From: an uncultured Acidimicrobiales bacterium
Lineage (GTDB): Bacteria; Actinomycetota; Acidimicrobiia; Acidimicrobiales; UBA10347
DNA: 64,000 bases
Assembly: GCA_943788915.1 (NCBI GenBank)
Contig: CALSSD010000012.1
Location: 1-64,000, forward strand
Reading direction: 5' to 3'
Every line of letters begins with the position of its first letter. The stretch's first letter is position 1. A program made the translations under genes and the position numbers. This document shows positions 10,828 to 22,001 of this stretch, one piece after another. The notes below the pieces were generated by a model that saw nothing but the letters and a program-made list of their open reading frames with translations, ran no database searches and had not been told where the DNA came from.

Positions 10828-11553
10828 GTGCCAGAAACTGCGGCGCTCTCAAGCGTCGACCCAAAGGACGTCCCATCGCATATTGCGGCGATCATGGACG
10901 GTAACGGCCGGTGGGCAACTGCTCGCGGGCTACCCCGGACCAGAGGTCACGAAGCAGGCGAAGATGCACTCTTCGAAGCTGTCGAAGGCTGCCTCGGGGC
11001 TGGTGTGCAGTGGCTTACTGTGTATGCATTCTCGACCGAGAACTGGCGCCGTCCCAAAGAGGAAGTGAAGTTCCTGCTCAACTTCAACCGTGATCTGTTG
11101 CGCCGTCGCCGCGACGAACTCAACGATCGGGGAGTGCGCATCCGGTTTATTGGCCGACGTAACTGGCGGGTGCCGCGGGGCGTTCTCAAGGAAATGGAAG
11201 CTGCCGAGCAGCTGACCAAAAATAACCGGACGCTCACACTCAATATTGCGTTCAACTATGGAGGTCGAGCCGAACTCGTCGACGCAGTGAGTGCAATCGT
11301 CGAAAGTGGGGTGCGAGCCGACAAGGTGAACGAAGCGCTCATCGGGAAATATCTGTACGACCCGAGCATGCCTGATCCGGAACTCATGATCCGAACGTCG
11401 GGTGAGAATCGGTTGTCGAACTTCTTGATGTGGCAGCTTGCGTATACCGAGATGATCTTCACCGAAGTGTTGTGGCCCGATTTCACCCGGGAACACATCT
11501 ACGGAGCAGTCCAGGAGTACCAGCGTCGTAACCGTCGTTTCGGCGGCGTATGA
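10828..11553 (+). CDS. uppS: Polyprenyl/undecaprenyl diphosphate synthase
   Basis: IMDGNGRWA, AFSTENW, NYGGR, RTSGENRLSNF; GGAGG-like RBS before GTG. Confidence 0.96.
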   Translation: MPETAALSSVDPKDVPSHIAAIMDGNGRWATARGLPRTRGHEAGEDALFEAVEGCLGAGVQWLTVYAFSTENWRRPKEEVKFLLNFNRDLLRRRRDELNDRGVRIRFIGRRNWRVPRGVLKEMEAAEQLTKNNRTLTLNIAFNYGGRAELVDAVSAIVESGVRADKVNEALIGKYLYDPSMPDPELMIRTSGENRLSNFLMWQLAYTEMIFTEVLWPDFTREHIYGAVQEYQRRNRRFGGV

Positions 11554-12293
11554 GCAACACTTCAGCGGGCACCCCGGGCCGTCAAGAACGAACGTATCGC
11601 ACCAACGCTGTCGTCCTTCGCACCTACAAGTCAGGTGAGGCTGACCGGATCGTTGTCCTCATGACCGAGGCCGAGGGCAAGGTCCGAGCGATTGCCAAGG
11701 GTGCTCGGAAGTCCAAGCGCACTGCCGCGTTGCTCGATTCTCTTGGCCATATCGATGTGCAGATGTACCGAGGCAAGGGTGATCTTGACACGGTCACTCA
11801 GGTGCAGTCAGTCGATTCGTTCTCTGCTATCCGAAGTGATCTCGACAGGTTTACGCGTGCGGCGTCGTTCGTCGAGGCTGTCGACCATGTCACGCCTGAT
11901 CGCGAACCACACGAACAGATGTATCGCATGCTGGTCGGGGCGTTGCGGACCGTCGACGGCGAGAACCACACGCTGACTTCTGCTGGCTTTTTTCTCAAGT
12001 TGCTGGCCCTCGAGGGCCTTGAGCCAGTGCTGGATCGGTGCGTGAGCTGCGGAGACACCGAAGGTTTGGTTTCCTTTGATCCGGTTAACTGCGGTACACG
12101 TTGCAGCTCGTGCCGCAGTGGCATTCCCCTGAGTGACGAGGGCATCCGGATCTGTCGGCTGATTCTCACCGGTGGACTCGCCGCAGCGCTCAGGTTGCCC
12201 GACAGCCCAGTGCTGGCCGACGTCAACCACTTGGCCACCACCATGTTCGAACATCAAACCGAACGTCGGCTTAAGTCCCTCTCCACTATTTGA
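11550..12293 (+). CDS. recO: DNA repair protein RecO
   Basis: VVLR..GEADRIV..GKVRAIAKGARK; CxxC...CxxC zinc finger. Confidence 0.95.
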   Translation: MSNTSAGTPGRQERTYRTNAVVLRTYKSGEADRIVVLMTEAEGKVRAIAKGARKSKRTAALLDSLGHIDVQMYRGKGDLDTVTQVQSVDSFSAIRSDLDRFTRAASFVEAVDHVTPDREPHEQMYRMLVGALRTVDGENHTLTSAGFFLKLLALEGLEPVLDRCVSCGDTEGLVSFDPVNCGTRCSSCRSGIPLSDEGIRICRLILTGGLAAALRLPDSPVLADVNHLATTMFEHQTERRLKSLSTI

Positions 12294-12326
12294 AAAGTTA
12301 TGTTCCCCAGGGGAACATAACTTTTC
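12292..12326. terminator. Perfect 17-bp-arm palindrome after recO (terminator or protein-binding site)
   Basis: GAAAAGTTATGTTCCCC-A-GGGGAACATAACTTTTC. Confidence 0.55.
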
Positions 12327-12379
12327 GCACCGAGAAACCTGCCGTGCATCAGGAACAGGGGTGAGTACGCTCTGGCCCT

Positions 12380-13714
12380 ATGTCTGAGAATGAGACGTCG
12401 CTGGTAGAAGGCGACCTTATGGAGAAAATTGTCAACCTGTCGAAGCGTCGTGGCTTCGCCTTCCAGTCGGCTGACATCTACGGCGGAAGCCGCTCCACCT
12501 ACGACTACGGCCCGATTGGTGTACTGCTGCTTCGCAACATCAAGGACTTCTGGTGGCGCACGATGGTGCAGTTGCGCCACGACGTCGTTGGTATCGACGC
12601 TGCCATCATTGGCCCACCAGCGGTCTTCGAGGCGTCCGGTCACCTCGCAAACTTCAGTGATCCGCTCGTGGAGTGCCGCGAATGCAACGAACGTTTCCGT
12701 GTTGACGTGCTCGAAGATGCCAACGTCTGTCCGAACTGCAAGGCCGAGAACTCCTTTACTGAGGCCAAAGAGTTCAACCTGATGTTCAAGACCCACGCTG
12801 GTCCCGTCGAGGGTTCTGGCAACGAGGTCTACCTGCGACCCGAGACGGCGCAGGGCATGTTCACGAACTTCATGAACGTGCAGACCACGACACGCAAGAA
12901 GCCACCATTTGGTATCGCCCAGATTGGCAAGAGCTTTCGCAATGAGATCACGCCCCGCAACTTCGTGTTCCGCACCCGTGAGTTCGAACAGATGGAGATG
13001 GAATTCTTCGTTCCGCCCGACGAGGCACAACAGTGGTACGAATACTGGCGCAACGAGCGTTACCAGTGGTACGTCGACCTGGGCATTCCTGAGTCATTGC
13101 TGATGATGCGCGACCACGACGACGACGAGCTGTCGCATTATTCGGACCAAACCGCCGACGTGGAGTTCAAGTTTCCGTGGGGCTGGGGCGAGCTCGAGGG
13201 CATCGCTAATCGTGGCGACTTCGACCTGAAACAACATGCCGAGCACAGTGGTGCTCGCATCGAGTACTTCGACCAGGCAAATAACGAGCGGTATGTACCG
13301 CATGTGATCGAGCCTGCCGCCGGCGCAACCCGAGCCTGGCTGGCGTTCCTGGTTGCTGCGTATCACGAGGAAACAGTCAACGACGATGTGCGTACCGTTC
13401 TCAAGCTCGACCACCGACTCGCTCCGTTCCAGATAGCGGTGCTGCCGCTGTCGAAGAAGGACGAACTCATCGCGCCGTGCGAAGAGATCTTGGCCATGCT
13501 TCAGCCGCATTACATGGTGGATTACGACATCACTCAGGCCATTGGCAAGCGGTACCGCCGCCAAGACGAAATCGGAACGCCACTGTGCATCACCGTTGAC
13601 TTCGACACACTCGAAGACAATGCAGTTACTGTGCGCGATCGCGACACCATGGAACAGGTCCGAGTTCCGATCGATGGCCTGCTCGCTCTACTCTCTGAAC
13701 GGTTGCCTGCTTAG
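12380..13714 (+). CDS. glyQS: Glycine--tRNA ligase (alpha2 type)
   Basis: YDYGPIG, YLRPETAQG, FRNEITP, FRTREFEQME, ELEGIANR, IGKRYRRQDEIGTP. Confidence 0.97.
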   Translation: MSENETSLVEGDLMEKIVNLSKRRGFAFQSADIYGGSRSTYDYGPIGVLLLRNIKDFWWRTMVQLRHDVVGIDAAIIGPPAVFEASGHLANFSDPLVECRECNERFRVDVLEDANVCPNCKAENSFTEAKEFNLMFKTHAGPVEGSGNEVYLRPETAQGMFTNFMNVQTTTRKKPPFGIAQIGKSFRNEITPRNFVFRTREFEQMEMEFFVPPDEAQQWYEYWRNERYQWYVDLGIPESLLMMRDHDDDELSHYSDQTADVEFKFPWGWGELEGIANRGDFDLKQHAEHSGARIEYFDQANNERYVPHVIEPAAGATRAWLAFLVAAYHEETVNDDVRTVLKLDHRLAPFQIAVLPLSKKDELIAPCEEILAMLQPHYMVDYDITQAIGKRYRRQDEIGTPLCITVDFDTLEDNAVTVRDRDTMEQVRVPIDGLLALLSERLPA

Positions 13715-13734
13715 GGCAGCGTTCCGGGGGATAC

Positions 13735-15309
13735 ATGAACATCGAAGACGCCGTCGCGGCAGTGGCTGCGGGCACGTTGACCAAATACGACGCGGTCATG
13801 GCGGTGTCACCGACGGCAGTCGAGGCCGCGCTGCACGCACAGTTCGACGGCGGCGGCACAGCAATAGCCACTGGCATTGGCGCGTCGCCTGGCGCGGCGG
13901 TAGGCCAGGTCTACTTCGACGTCGACGGGTGTCTCGATGGCGCTGATCGGGGCGAAACCGTGATCTTGGCCGCGGCCGAAACATCGCCAGCCGATGAAAT
14001 CGCCATGCGTATGGCCGAGGGCATCATCACCGCCAAGGGTGGCACTGCCAGCCATGCCGCGGTCGTAGCTCGGGGCTGGGGTATCCCCGCTGTGTGTGGT
14101 GCAGACATGTTGACGTTCAGCGACGGGTTTATGCACATCGGTGACGAAACGGTTGCTGCTGGCGACATGATTTCGATCGACGGCACCACGGGTGAGATCT
14201 TTCTCGGCGATCTTGGCGCCGACGGAGGAGGCGGCAGCGACGGACTCGACACGCTGCTTGGCTGGGCCGACGAGATCCGCGGTAACAAGGTCGGCATTCG
14301 AGCCAACGCAGACAGCGCCGCAGATGCCGCCCAAGCCCGCACGTTGGGCGCCGAAGGTATCGGCCTGTGCCGCACCGAGCACATGTTTCTTGGCGAGCGA
14401 CTCCCGCTTGTGCAGAACGTGATCCTGGCTGCTAACGATCAGGCCGCAGCCAGCGCACTCGAAGCGCTGGGAGCGATGCAGCGCACCGACTTTGTCGAAC
14501 TGCTTCATGCGATGGACGGCTTACCAGTCACCATTCGGCTACTCGACCCTCCATTGCACGAGTTCTTGCCAAACACCACCGAACTTGCTGTCGCCGAGGC
14601 GATGGGCACACTTGATGCAAACGACGCCATCATGGCGGCGGCGGTCCATCAATGGAGCGAGCAGAACCCCATGCTCGGCACTCGGGGGGTGCGTTTAGCC
14701 ATCGTGCGCGACGGCCTGTATCGCATGCAGGTCAAGTCGCTGCTACAGGCCATCGCGGTTCGTGTCGCGGCAGGTGGCACGCCACGTGTTGGCATCATGA
14801 TTCCGCTCGTGTCCGATGTGGCCGAACTCGCGATGGTTACGGGCTGGATCGCCGAAGAAGTCGCCGCGGTCGACCCTGGCACGTTGGGCGAGATTCTTGT
14901 TGGCACCATGATCGAGACACCGCGGGCTGCGGTTACTGCGGCCCAAATCGCACCGATCGCCGAGTTCTTCTCGTTTGGAACAAACGATCTCACCCAACTC
15001 ACTTGGGGCTTCAGCCGAGACGATGTCGAGGCTCGAGTCATCGGCCGTTATCAAGAACTCGGGCTACTGGACGCCAATCCATTTGAGCGGCTTGACCGCA
15101 TTGGTGTGGGTGCCTTAGTAGCCAGCGCAATAGAAAGTGGCCGTCGCTCCAACCCCGATCTTGAAATTGGGGTCTGCGGCGAACACGGTGGTGATCCAAG
15201 CTCGATTGAGTTCTTCGTAGCGGCAGGAGTCGACTATGTCTCATGCAGCCCCTACCGTGTCCCTGTAGCGCGACTCGCGCTCGCCCAAGCCATCGGGGCC
15301 GGCGACTAA
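13735..15309 (+). CDS. PPDK-derived PEP-binding protein lacking the N-terminal ATP-grasp domain
   Basis: SPGAAVG, GGTASHAAVVARG (phospho-His domain), GIGLCRTEHMF, NPMLGTRG, FSFGTNDLTQ, CGEHGGDP; only 524 aa; own RBS just after glyQS. Confidence 0.85.
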   Translation: MNIEDAVAAVAAGTLTKYDAVMAVSPTAVEAALHAQFDGGGTAIATGIGASPGAAVGQVYFDVDGCLDGADRGETVILAAAETSPADEIAMRMAEGIITAKGGTASHAAVVARGWGIPAVCGADMLTFSDGFMHIGDETVAAGDMISIDGTTGEIFLGDLGADGGGGSDGLDTLLGWADEIRGNKVGIRANADSAADAAQARTLGAEGIGLCRTEHMFLGERLPLVQNVILAANDQAAASALEALGAMQRTDFVELLHAMDGLPVTIRLLDPPLHEFLPNTTELAVAEAMGTLDANDAIMAAAVHQWSEQNPMLGTRGVRLAIVRDGLYRMQVKSLLQAIAVRVAAGGTPRVGIMIPLVSDVAELAMVTGWIAEEVAAVDPGTLGEILVGTMIETPRAAVTAAQIAPIAEFFSFGTNDLTQLTWGFSRDDVEARVIGRYQELGLLDANPFERLDRIGVGALVASAIESGRRSNPDLEIGVCGEHGGDPSSIEFFVAAGVDYVSCSPYRVPVARLALAQAIGAGD

Positions 15310-15337
15310 AATCAAAGGGCCACTGAGCAGAGCACGG

Positions 15338-17107
15338 ATGGGTATCGAAGACGAAGACATTGTCAGGGTTCGCGAAGCAACCGACCTGGCAGATCTCATC
15401 GGCTCACACCTGCAGCTCAAACGCGTGGGTAGGCGCAGCGTGGGTCTGTGTCCATTTCACAATGAGAAGACACCGTCGTTCAATGTGAATGCCGAACTGG
15501 GCTTCTACAAGTGTTTCGGTTGCGGCAAGAGTGGCGATGCCATCACCTTCGTCCGCGAGATCGAACATCTTGATTTTGTGGGTGCCGTCGAGATGTTGGC
15601 CAACAAGGCTGGCATTCAACTCAGATACACCAACGAAAACGAAGGTGTGCACCGCAAAAAGCGTAGTGAGCTCACCGAAGCAGTCGAAAAGGCCGTCGAC
15701 TGGTACCACGATCGGCTGCTGTCGTCGCCCGACGCAGCCCATGCCCGGGGGTATCTTCGGTCCCGGGGCTTTACCGGCGACCAGGTGCGCAAATTCAAGA
15801 TTGGCTGGGCACCTGACGATTGGGACCAGCTGTATCAGTCGATACGGGTCAAACAAGAGATCTTCGTAAGTAGTGGACTTGGTTTCGTAAACAAGGCCAA
15901 TCGGGTGCAGGATCACTTCCGGGCTCGGGTGTTGTTTCCTATCCACGATGTGAACGGTGCCGCAGTGGGCTTCGGCGGACGGGTTATGCCCGATGGTGAT
16001 GGCCCCAAGTACAAGAATTCGTTTGATTCAACGATCTATAACAAAAGCCGCCTGCTCTACGGTCTCCATCTGGCCAAGGACGAAATCGTACGCATGGACG
16101 AATCGATCGTGTGCGAGGGCTACACCGACGTGATCGGTTTCGCCGATGTAGGGATCGAACGGTCGGTTGCCACGTGCGGAACATCGCTGACCGAAGACCA
16201 TATTCGCATGCTCAAACGGTTCGGCCGCCGCATCGTGCTGGCATTCGATGCCGATGCTGCAGGCCAGGCAGCGGCGGAACGCATTTACGAGTGGGAACGA
16301 GCGCTCGAGGTCGATGTTGCCGTGGCCAAACTACCCGACGGCGTCGACCCCGCAGACCTAGCGGCCAAGGACCCTGACGCACTGCGGGCCGCCATAGCCG
16401 ACGCTGTGCCTTTTCTCGGTTTCCGGCTCGGACGGGCGCTTGCAGCGGGCAACCTGACCACCCCCGAGGGTCGAGCTCGGACTGCTGAACGTGCCGTGGC
16501 AGTTGTTCGAGAACATCCAAGCGATCTCGTGCGTGATCAATATCTGATGCAGGTCGCCGACACCTGCCAGGTTGCCGTCGATCGTCTTCGCGAGATGCTG
16601 AAACAACCTGCGCCCGTGGTAGCAGAACAACGATGGGTACCAAACCAGCCTGCCGAGTATGAAGCGCCGCCGCAGATCGTACGTATTGTCGATAACGCCG
16701 ATAGTCGAATGTTGCTGCTGTGTTTACATCGGCCAGACAGCGTGCCCGCCTATATCACGCCAGACATGTTCGCCGACCCGGCGTTACGATCCGTCTTCTC
16801 CGAACTGCTCGATAACTCCACCGATGACCTTGCAGGGCTGATTGACTCGTTGTCCCCAACGACGGCCGAGGCCCTTGGCCAGCTAGCGGTCATGGACGAA
16901 CCATCCGCAGATCCCGAGCGCATTGTGGGGCACTTCCTGCATGACGCTGCTATCCGCCGAGTCGGTGATTTGCAGCTATTGGCAGAGCGCACCGGTGATA
17001 TCACTCTCATGCCAGTGATTTCTGACATACGGTTACTGATACCTAAGGTACGTGCCTCCAGCTTTGACCTCACGGTCGCGGCTGGGTTGGTACCATTGCT
17101 CGGGTAG
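15338..17107 (+). CDS. dnaG: DNA primase
   Basis: [11 protein letters not shown]...CFGC zinc finger; PKYKNS; EGYTD; FDADAAG TOPRIM. Confidence 0.97.
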   Translation: MGIEDEDIVRVREATDLADLIGSHLQLKRVGRRSVGLCPFHNEKTPSFNVNAELGFYKCFGCGKSGDAITFVREIEHLDFVGAVEMLANKAGIQLRYTNENEGVHRKKRSELTEAVEKAVDWYHDRLLSSPDAAHARGYLRSRGFTGDQVRKFKIGWAPDDWDQLYQSIRVKQEIFVSSGLGFVNKANRVQDHFRARVLFPIHDVNGAAVGFGGRVMPDGDGPKYKNSFDSTIYNKSRLLYGLHLAKDEIVRMDESIVCEGYTDVIGFADVGIERSVATCGTSLTEDHIRMLKRFGRRIVLAFDADAAGQAAAERIYEWERALEVDVAVAKLPDGVDPADLAAKDPDALRAAIADAVPFLGFRLGRALAAGNLTTPEGRARTAERAVAVVREHPSDLVRDQYLMQVADTCQVAVDRLREMLKQPAPVVAEQRWVPNQPAEYEAPPQIVRIVDNADSRMLLLCLHRPDSVPAYITPDMFADPALRSVFSELLDNSTDDLAGLIDSLSPTTAEALGQLAVMDEPSADPERIVGHFLHDAAIRRVGDLQLLAERTGDITLMPVISDIRLLIPKVRASSFDLTVAAGLVPLLG

Positions 17108-18414
17108 TGGGGAACAACGTGAGTGACACCGGATCAGCAGCCGCAGCTTGGACAAGCATTACCGACGCGTCGCTGAAGAAGTTGGTGACCTCTGGTGAGA
17201 TCACTGGCGAACTCACACTCGACGATGTGCTCGAAGTCTTTAGCCATGTTGAGCTGACTCCAGAGATCATCAATCAGATTCGCCAATACTTCGGGCAACG
17301 GGGCGTCGTTCTGACCGGCGATCCCAATGCTGATGTCGTTCCCACCGATATGGAGATCACCAAGGAACTCGTCGGTGAACTCATGGCCGAACTCGAGGAA
17401 GATCCTGTTACTGGTGAAGAACGCCGCAAGGCTCGTCGCTCCCGCCTCGAAGCGGTGGGTTGGGCAACCAGCCTCGACGGCAGCGGCTCGGCCGATTCTG
17501 TCCGGGTGTACTTGAAAGAAATCGGACGTGTGCCGCTGCTGACTGGACCCGACGAGGTCCGACTTGCCAAACGCATGGAAGAGGGCCTCGAGGCCGTCGA
17601 CGAATTGGCCGTCCTGAACGCCGAAGGACGGCTTGAGTCGCTGGACTTCGCCACCCGACGCAAGCTTCAGCGCCGAGTGCGCGACGGCGACCGGGCTCGA
17701 CAACAGCTCATTCAGGCCAATCTGCGGTTGGTCGTGTCAATCGCGAAGCGTTATGTCGGCCGGGGCATGCAACTCCTTGACCTGGTGCAAGAAGGCAATC
17801 TGGGGCTTATGCGAGCTGTCCAGAAGTTTGATCATTCCAAGGGTTTCAAGTTCTCGACCTACGCAACCTGGTGGATTCGTCAGGCGATCTCGCGAGCTAT
17901 TGCTGATCAGGCCCGCACCATTCGTATTCCGGTACATATGGTCGAAACAATTAACCGGGTGCGTCGTACCCAGCGAGACATGTTGCAGAATCTCGAACGC
18001 GAACCAAGCATCGAAGAACTCGCTACCGAGGTTGACCTCACGCCTGAACGGGTCCGGGAGATTCTTCGAATCTCGCTTGATCCGGTATCGCTCGAAGCAC
18101 CCGTGGGCGAAGACGACTCGCAGCTCGGCGATTTCCTCGCTGACGAGAACGCTGAACGTCCGGTCGACGTCGCCGCTCGAGCCATGCTCAGCAACGACGT
18201 GCTCGAGGCGCTCGACGAGCTCAATGACCGCGAAAAAGAGGTCGTGCGTATGCGATTTGGCCTTATCGATGGCCGTGCACGCACGCTCGAAGAAGTCGGC
18301 CGAGCCTTCGGCGTGACCCGTGAACGGATCCGGCAAATCGAGTCAAAGACGCTTGCGAAGTTACGTCATCCACAGCGCTCCGAAAAGCTCCGCGATTACC
18401 TCGACGCAAGTTAA
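17107..18414 (+). CDS. rpoD: Principal sigma factor RpoD/SigA
   Basis: [44 protein letters not shown]...TRERIRQIE; follows dnaG. Alternative GTG start at 17119. Confidence 0.95.
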   Translation: MGNNVSDTGSAAAAWTSITDASLKKLVTSGEITGELTLDDVLEVFSHVELTPEIINQIRQYFGQRGVVLTGDPNADVVPTDMEITKELVGELMAELEEDPVTGEERRKARRSRLEAVGWATSLDGSGSADSVRVYLKEIGRVPLLTGPDEVRLAKRMEEGLEAVDELAVLNAEGRLESLDFATRRKLQRRVRDGDRARQQLIQANLRLVVSIAKRYVGRGMQLLDLVQEGNLGLMRAVQKFDHSKGFKFSTYATWWIRQAISRAIADQARTIRIPVHMVETINRVRRTQRDMLQNLEREPSIEELATEVDLTPERVREILRISLDPVSLEAPVGEDDSQLGDFLADENAERPVDVAARAMLSNDVLEALDELNDREKEVVRMRFGLIDGRARTLEEVGRAFGVTRERIRQIESKTLAKLRHPQRSEKLRDYLDAS

Positions 18415-18462
18415 AACAAACGCGCGCAACTGCGTACAACGGCGCTATGGTATGGCCTTCCT

Positions 18463-18535
18463 TCCGGGGTAGCTCAGCTGGCAGAGCATCGGACTGTTAA
18501 TCCGCAGGTCGTGGGTTCGAGCCCCACCCCCGGAG
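18463..18535 (+). tRNA. tRNA-Asn (GTT)
   Basis: TCCGGGG/CCCCGGA acceptor stem; anticodon arm CGGA-CT-GTT-AA-TCCG; GTTCGAG T-loop; CCA not encoded. Confidence 0.97.
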
Positions 18536-18540
18536 CCTCA

Positions 18541-18579
18541 AGAACCCTGACTTCTCAACGATTTGAGGGTCAGGGTTCT
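18541..18579 (+). terminator. Hairpin after tRNA-Asn (between converging tRNA and integrase)
   Basis: AGAACCCTGAC...GTCAGGGTTCT perfect 11-bp arms extended by inner pairing. Confidence 0.7.
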
Positions 18580-18604
18580 GTGTGTAATGGCATGAAAGCC
18601 GCTA

Positions 18605-18625
18605 ATTGCTAACGGATTGCTAACG
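18605..18625. repeat. Tandem 10-bp direct repeat, candidate integrase arm-type binding sites
   Basis: ATTGCTAACG at 18605-18614 and 18616-18625, between the tRNA 3' end and the integrase stop. Confidence 0.55.
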
Positions 18626-18641
18626 AACGGTTTGGGTTGGG

Positions 18642-19079
18642 CTAATTCGGGCCGGAAACACCTGCTGCGAAGGCGTCGTCGATTGCGTCTGCTGCTTGGT
18701 CAGCCATCTGGTCGTTGACGTGTTGGTAGGTGTCCATGGTGAACGCCACCGAGCTGTGGCCCAGCATTGCGCTTGCGACCGCTGGGTGTACGCCTTGTTC
18801 GAGCATCATGGTTGCTACTGCATGGCGGCAGTCGTGAAGCCGAGTCTTTGGGTCGAGTCCGGCTTCGGCCATGAGCCTCTTGGTCGCTTTGCCGAAGGCG
18901 TCGGGGTGGAACGGGCTGCCGTCGCCGCTATCGCAGGCAAGGTCGAGGTCGTGCCATGCTGCGCCTGCTTGTAGGCGCCGTTCGGCTTGTTCTCGTTTGG
19001 CTAGTCGTAACCGTTCGATGGTGATCTTTGGCAGTGCCACGGTGCGCCGTGAGCGGTCAGTCTTTGGGTCATCAACGGT
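18642..19079 (-). pseudogene. Tyrosine integrase, C-terminal fragment truncated by IS256
   Basis: PKT..SRR, LHDCRH, MLGHS and TYQH catalytic motifs; upstream part replaced by IS256 sequence. Confidence 0.9.
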
Positions 19080-20265
19080 ATGAGTCCCCTGGAGTGGTGG
19101 GGTTTCGGGGAGCGGTGGGATCCACCTTTGGGTGAGCCACCGGCGTGATGCTCGGTGTGTACCTACGAAGTGCACACCATGAGGAGAACCCGCCGATGGC
19201 TCTTGAAGAGTCTGCCGTAAACGAACTGCTCGACGCGCTCAGCGTCGGGGAAGGAACCGACCTTGTCCGAGAGCTCGCCCAGTGGGCTTTGCAACAGCTG
19301 ATCGAGGCTGAAGCCACTGAAGCGATTGGGGCTGGTCGTTGGGGCCGTGACCCGGGCCGAGTCGCCCATCGCAACGGGCATCGCCCCAAAGTGCTCTCAA
19401 CCAAGGCCGGCGACCTGCACTTGGGGATCCCGAAACTCCGTCGAGGGTCGTTCTTCCCCGAGATCCTGGAACCGCGTCGTCGTATCGACCAGGCCCTGTA
19501 CTCGGTGGTTATGGAGGCCTATGTCAACGGCGTCTCCACAAGATCGGTCGATGATCTTGTCGCTGCGTTGGGTATCGATACCGGGATCTCCAAATCAGAG
19601 GTGTCACGGATCTGTGCTGGTCTTGATGTGCGGGTCGAAGCGTTCCGCAACCGCACCCTGGGCCATGTCGAGTTCCCCTACGTCTACCTTGACGCCACCT
19701 ACATCCATGTCCGCGACGACGCCCTGGGCCAGGTCGTGTCTCGGGCGGTCGTGATTGCGACCGGGATCACCGCCAACGGCGACCGTGAGATCCTGGGCGT
19801 CGCTATAGGCGATTCGGAGGATGAGACGTTCTGGACCCGGTTCCTGCGCTCGCTCAAACAACGGGGCCTGGCTGGGGTGCGGTTGGTGATCTCCGATGCC
19901 CACGCCGGGCTGAGGGCCTCGATCCGCAAATGCTTCGCTGGCGCGTCCTGGCAACGCTGCCGAGTTCACTACGCCCGCAACCTGCTGGCCAAGATCCCCA
20001 AGTCACACACCGACTTCGTCGCAGCGACATTCCGATCGATCTTCGCACTGTCCACACCAGCCGAAGTCGGGGCCCGATGGGACGAGGTCGCCGTCATGCT
20101 CGCCGAGCAATTCCCCAAAGCAGCCAAGTCAATGAACGCCGCCCGCACCGATGTCCTCGCGTTCTGCGCGTTCCCCAAAACGCACTGGCGCAAGATCTGG
20201 TCGAACAACCCGCTGGAGCGCCTCAACAAGGAAGTGAAACGACGATCCAACGTCGTCGGGATCTT
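19080..20265 (+). mobile_element. IS256-family element, 3'-truncated (transposase from ATG 19196, cut after VVGIF)
   Basis: RNG, IPKLRRGSF, YLDA, ISDAH.GL, WQRCRVH, NNPLERLNKEVKRR; GAGGAG RBS. Left end approximate; right end not found. Confidence 0.88.
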
Positions 20266-21593
20266 TGAAGCGCCCTGGGGTTTGCGTGGCTCTGGTTAGT
20301 GGATTCCAACCTGGTGTTGGTCGGTCTTGTTTGCAGCATAGAAGGCTGCTTCGAACTCGTCAGGTGACGCGTCGTCGAGGTAGCTGTGGATCCGGTCGGT
20401 GTTGAACCAGTGCACCCAGCCAAGGGTGGCGAGTTCGACGTCTTCGGCGTTGCGCCATCGGCCTTGGTGCTCGGGTCCTCGGATCAGCTCGGCTTTGTAG
20501 AGGCTGTTGGTTGCCTCGGCCAGGGCGTTGTCATAGGAATCGCCGACGCTGCCGATTGAGGGTCGGGCGCCGATCTCGTCGAGACGTTCGCCGTAGCGGA
20601 TGCTGGTGTACTGAGACCCGGCATCAGAATGAGCGATCAGTCCTTCAAGGATCGTGCCGCGGTTGAAGCGTGCCATCTCCAGTGCGTCGAGCACCATGTC
20701 GGTACGCATGTGATCAGCAGCTCGCCAACCAACGATCTTTCGTGAGAACGCGTCGATGATAAAGCACACATAGACCATGCCTGACCACGTCGGCACATAC
20801 GTGAGATCAGTCACCCACAACGCGTTCGGCCGCTCAGCGGTGAAGTCGCGATCAACCAAATCTGGTGGCCGGTCTGCAGTGTCGTCGCGTCGGGTGGTCC
20901 GCACCCGTTTCAGCTTCGACACGCCCGAGATCCCGGCCTGTTTCATGAGCCGGGCGATCTGATCACGCCCGATCTCATGGCCAGCCTTGCGCGCCGCAAC
21001 CCACATTTTGCGTGCGCCATAGACGCTGTAGTTCGCCTTCCACAGCGCGACCAGGATCGGGATCCACACCGCGTCGCTGATCGCCCGCTTCGACAGCGGC
21101 CGGGTCTTGGCACTGCGGTAGGTGGACGGAGCGAACTGCAAAACTTCGCAGATCGGTTCGACTCCGAACTCCTGTCGGTTCTGGTCGATGAAATCGACCA
21201 TCACTTCTGTTGGCGGTCCAACTCCGCCCCGAAGAAAAGCGCAGCACGTTTCAAAATCTCATTCGCGCGTTTCAACTCTTTGAGTTCTTGGCGTAGCCGC
21301 TTGTTCTCCTCAGCCTCCGCGGAGCTGGTCCCGGGCCGCATGCCACGGTCAATGTCGGCCTGCTTGACCCACAGCCTCACCGATTCCACGCCATAGCCGA
21401 GTTGCTCAGCCACCCGCTGGGCTGTGCCCGCTTCGGTGCCGAGTTCCTCACGCAGCGCGAAAACCAGCCGCACCGCCGACTCCTTCTGCTCCGCTGTGTA
21501 GCGCCGACGAGTCGGCTTGGATTCCATATCTACATTCATAGCAATCGTCATCTTTCAAAGCTGACGAGCCGACGCGAAACCCAGTGCGATTCA
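20266..21593 (-). mobile_element. IS3-family element (IS51/IS6110-like); orfA 21201..21551, orfB 20296..21204
   Basis: Imperfect TG...CA terminal IRs (TGAAGCGCCCTGGG / TGAATCGCACTGGG); DDE motifs WVTDLTYV, HSDAGSQY, DNALAE; orfA ends FFGAELDR. Confidence 0.95.
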
Positions 21594-21635
21594 GGCATCC
21601 CACACCGAGATGAATTGATCTGTTAGGTAAATTAA

Positions 21636-22001
21636 ATGAGGTCAACAAAATTTGGAATAGCACTTGTTGGTTCGCTGAGTCTACTGGCCGCCTGCGGAGG
21701 GTCTGATTCGGGCGACTCAGATGCAGCATCTGAGTCGTCTGGAGATCCGGTCGAACTGGTGACCGAGAAGTGGTACGACTGGTGGGCAGGTGAAGATGGT
21801 GCTGCAGTGGCAACTGCGGAAAGTCTTGAACTTGCGATTGAAGATGTTGTGGATAGAGACTGCATTAGGTCGTTTGTAGAGCAGTTCTCTGCTGAGGATC
21901 TTGCAATTCAGGCAAATGATGAACTTGCTGATCTCTCAGACGCTGGCTATGAGCTCATGGACCAGTTGCGTGATGAATGCATTGACTTCACCGGCGGCTG
22001 A
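21636..22001 (+). CDS. Orphan acidic lipoprotein
   Basis: Signal peptide with lipobox LAA-C; Ser/Asp-rich linker; two further Cys; visibly lower GC than flanks. Confidence 0.75.
   Translation: MRSTKFGIALVGSLSLLAACGGSDSGDSDAASESSGDPVELVTEKWYDWWAGEDGAAVATAESLELAIEDVVDRDCIRSFVEQFSAEDLAIQANDELADLSDAGYELMDQLRDECIDFTGG

Noticed and set aside
12294..12379. T-box leader for glyQS
   Set aside because: The gap is only 86 bp and has no T-box consensus.
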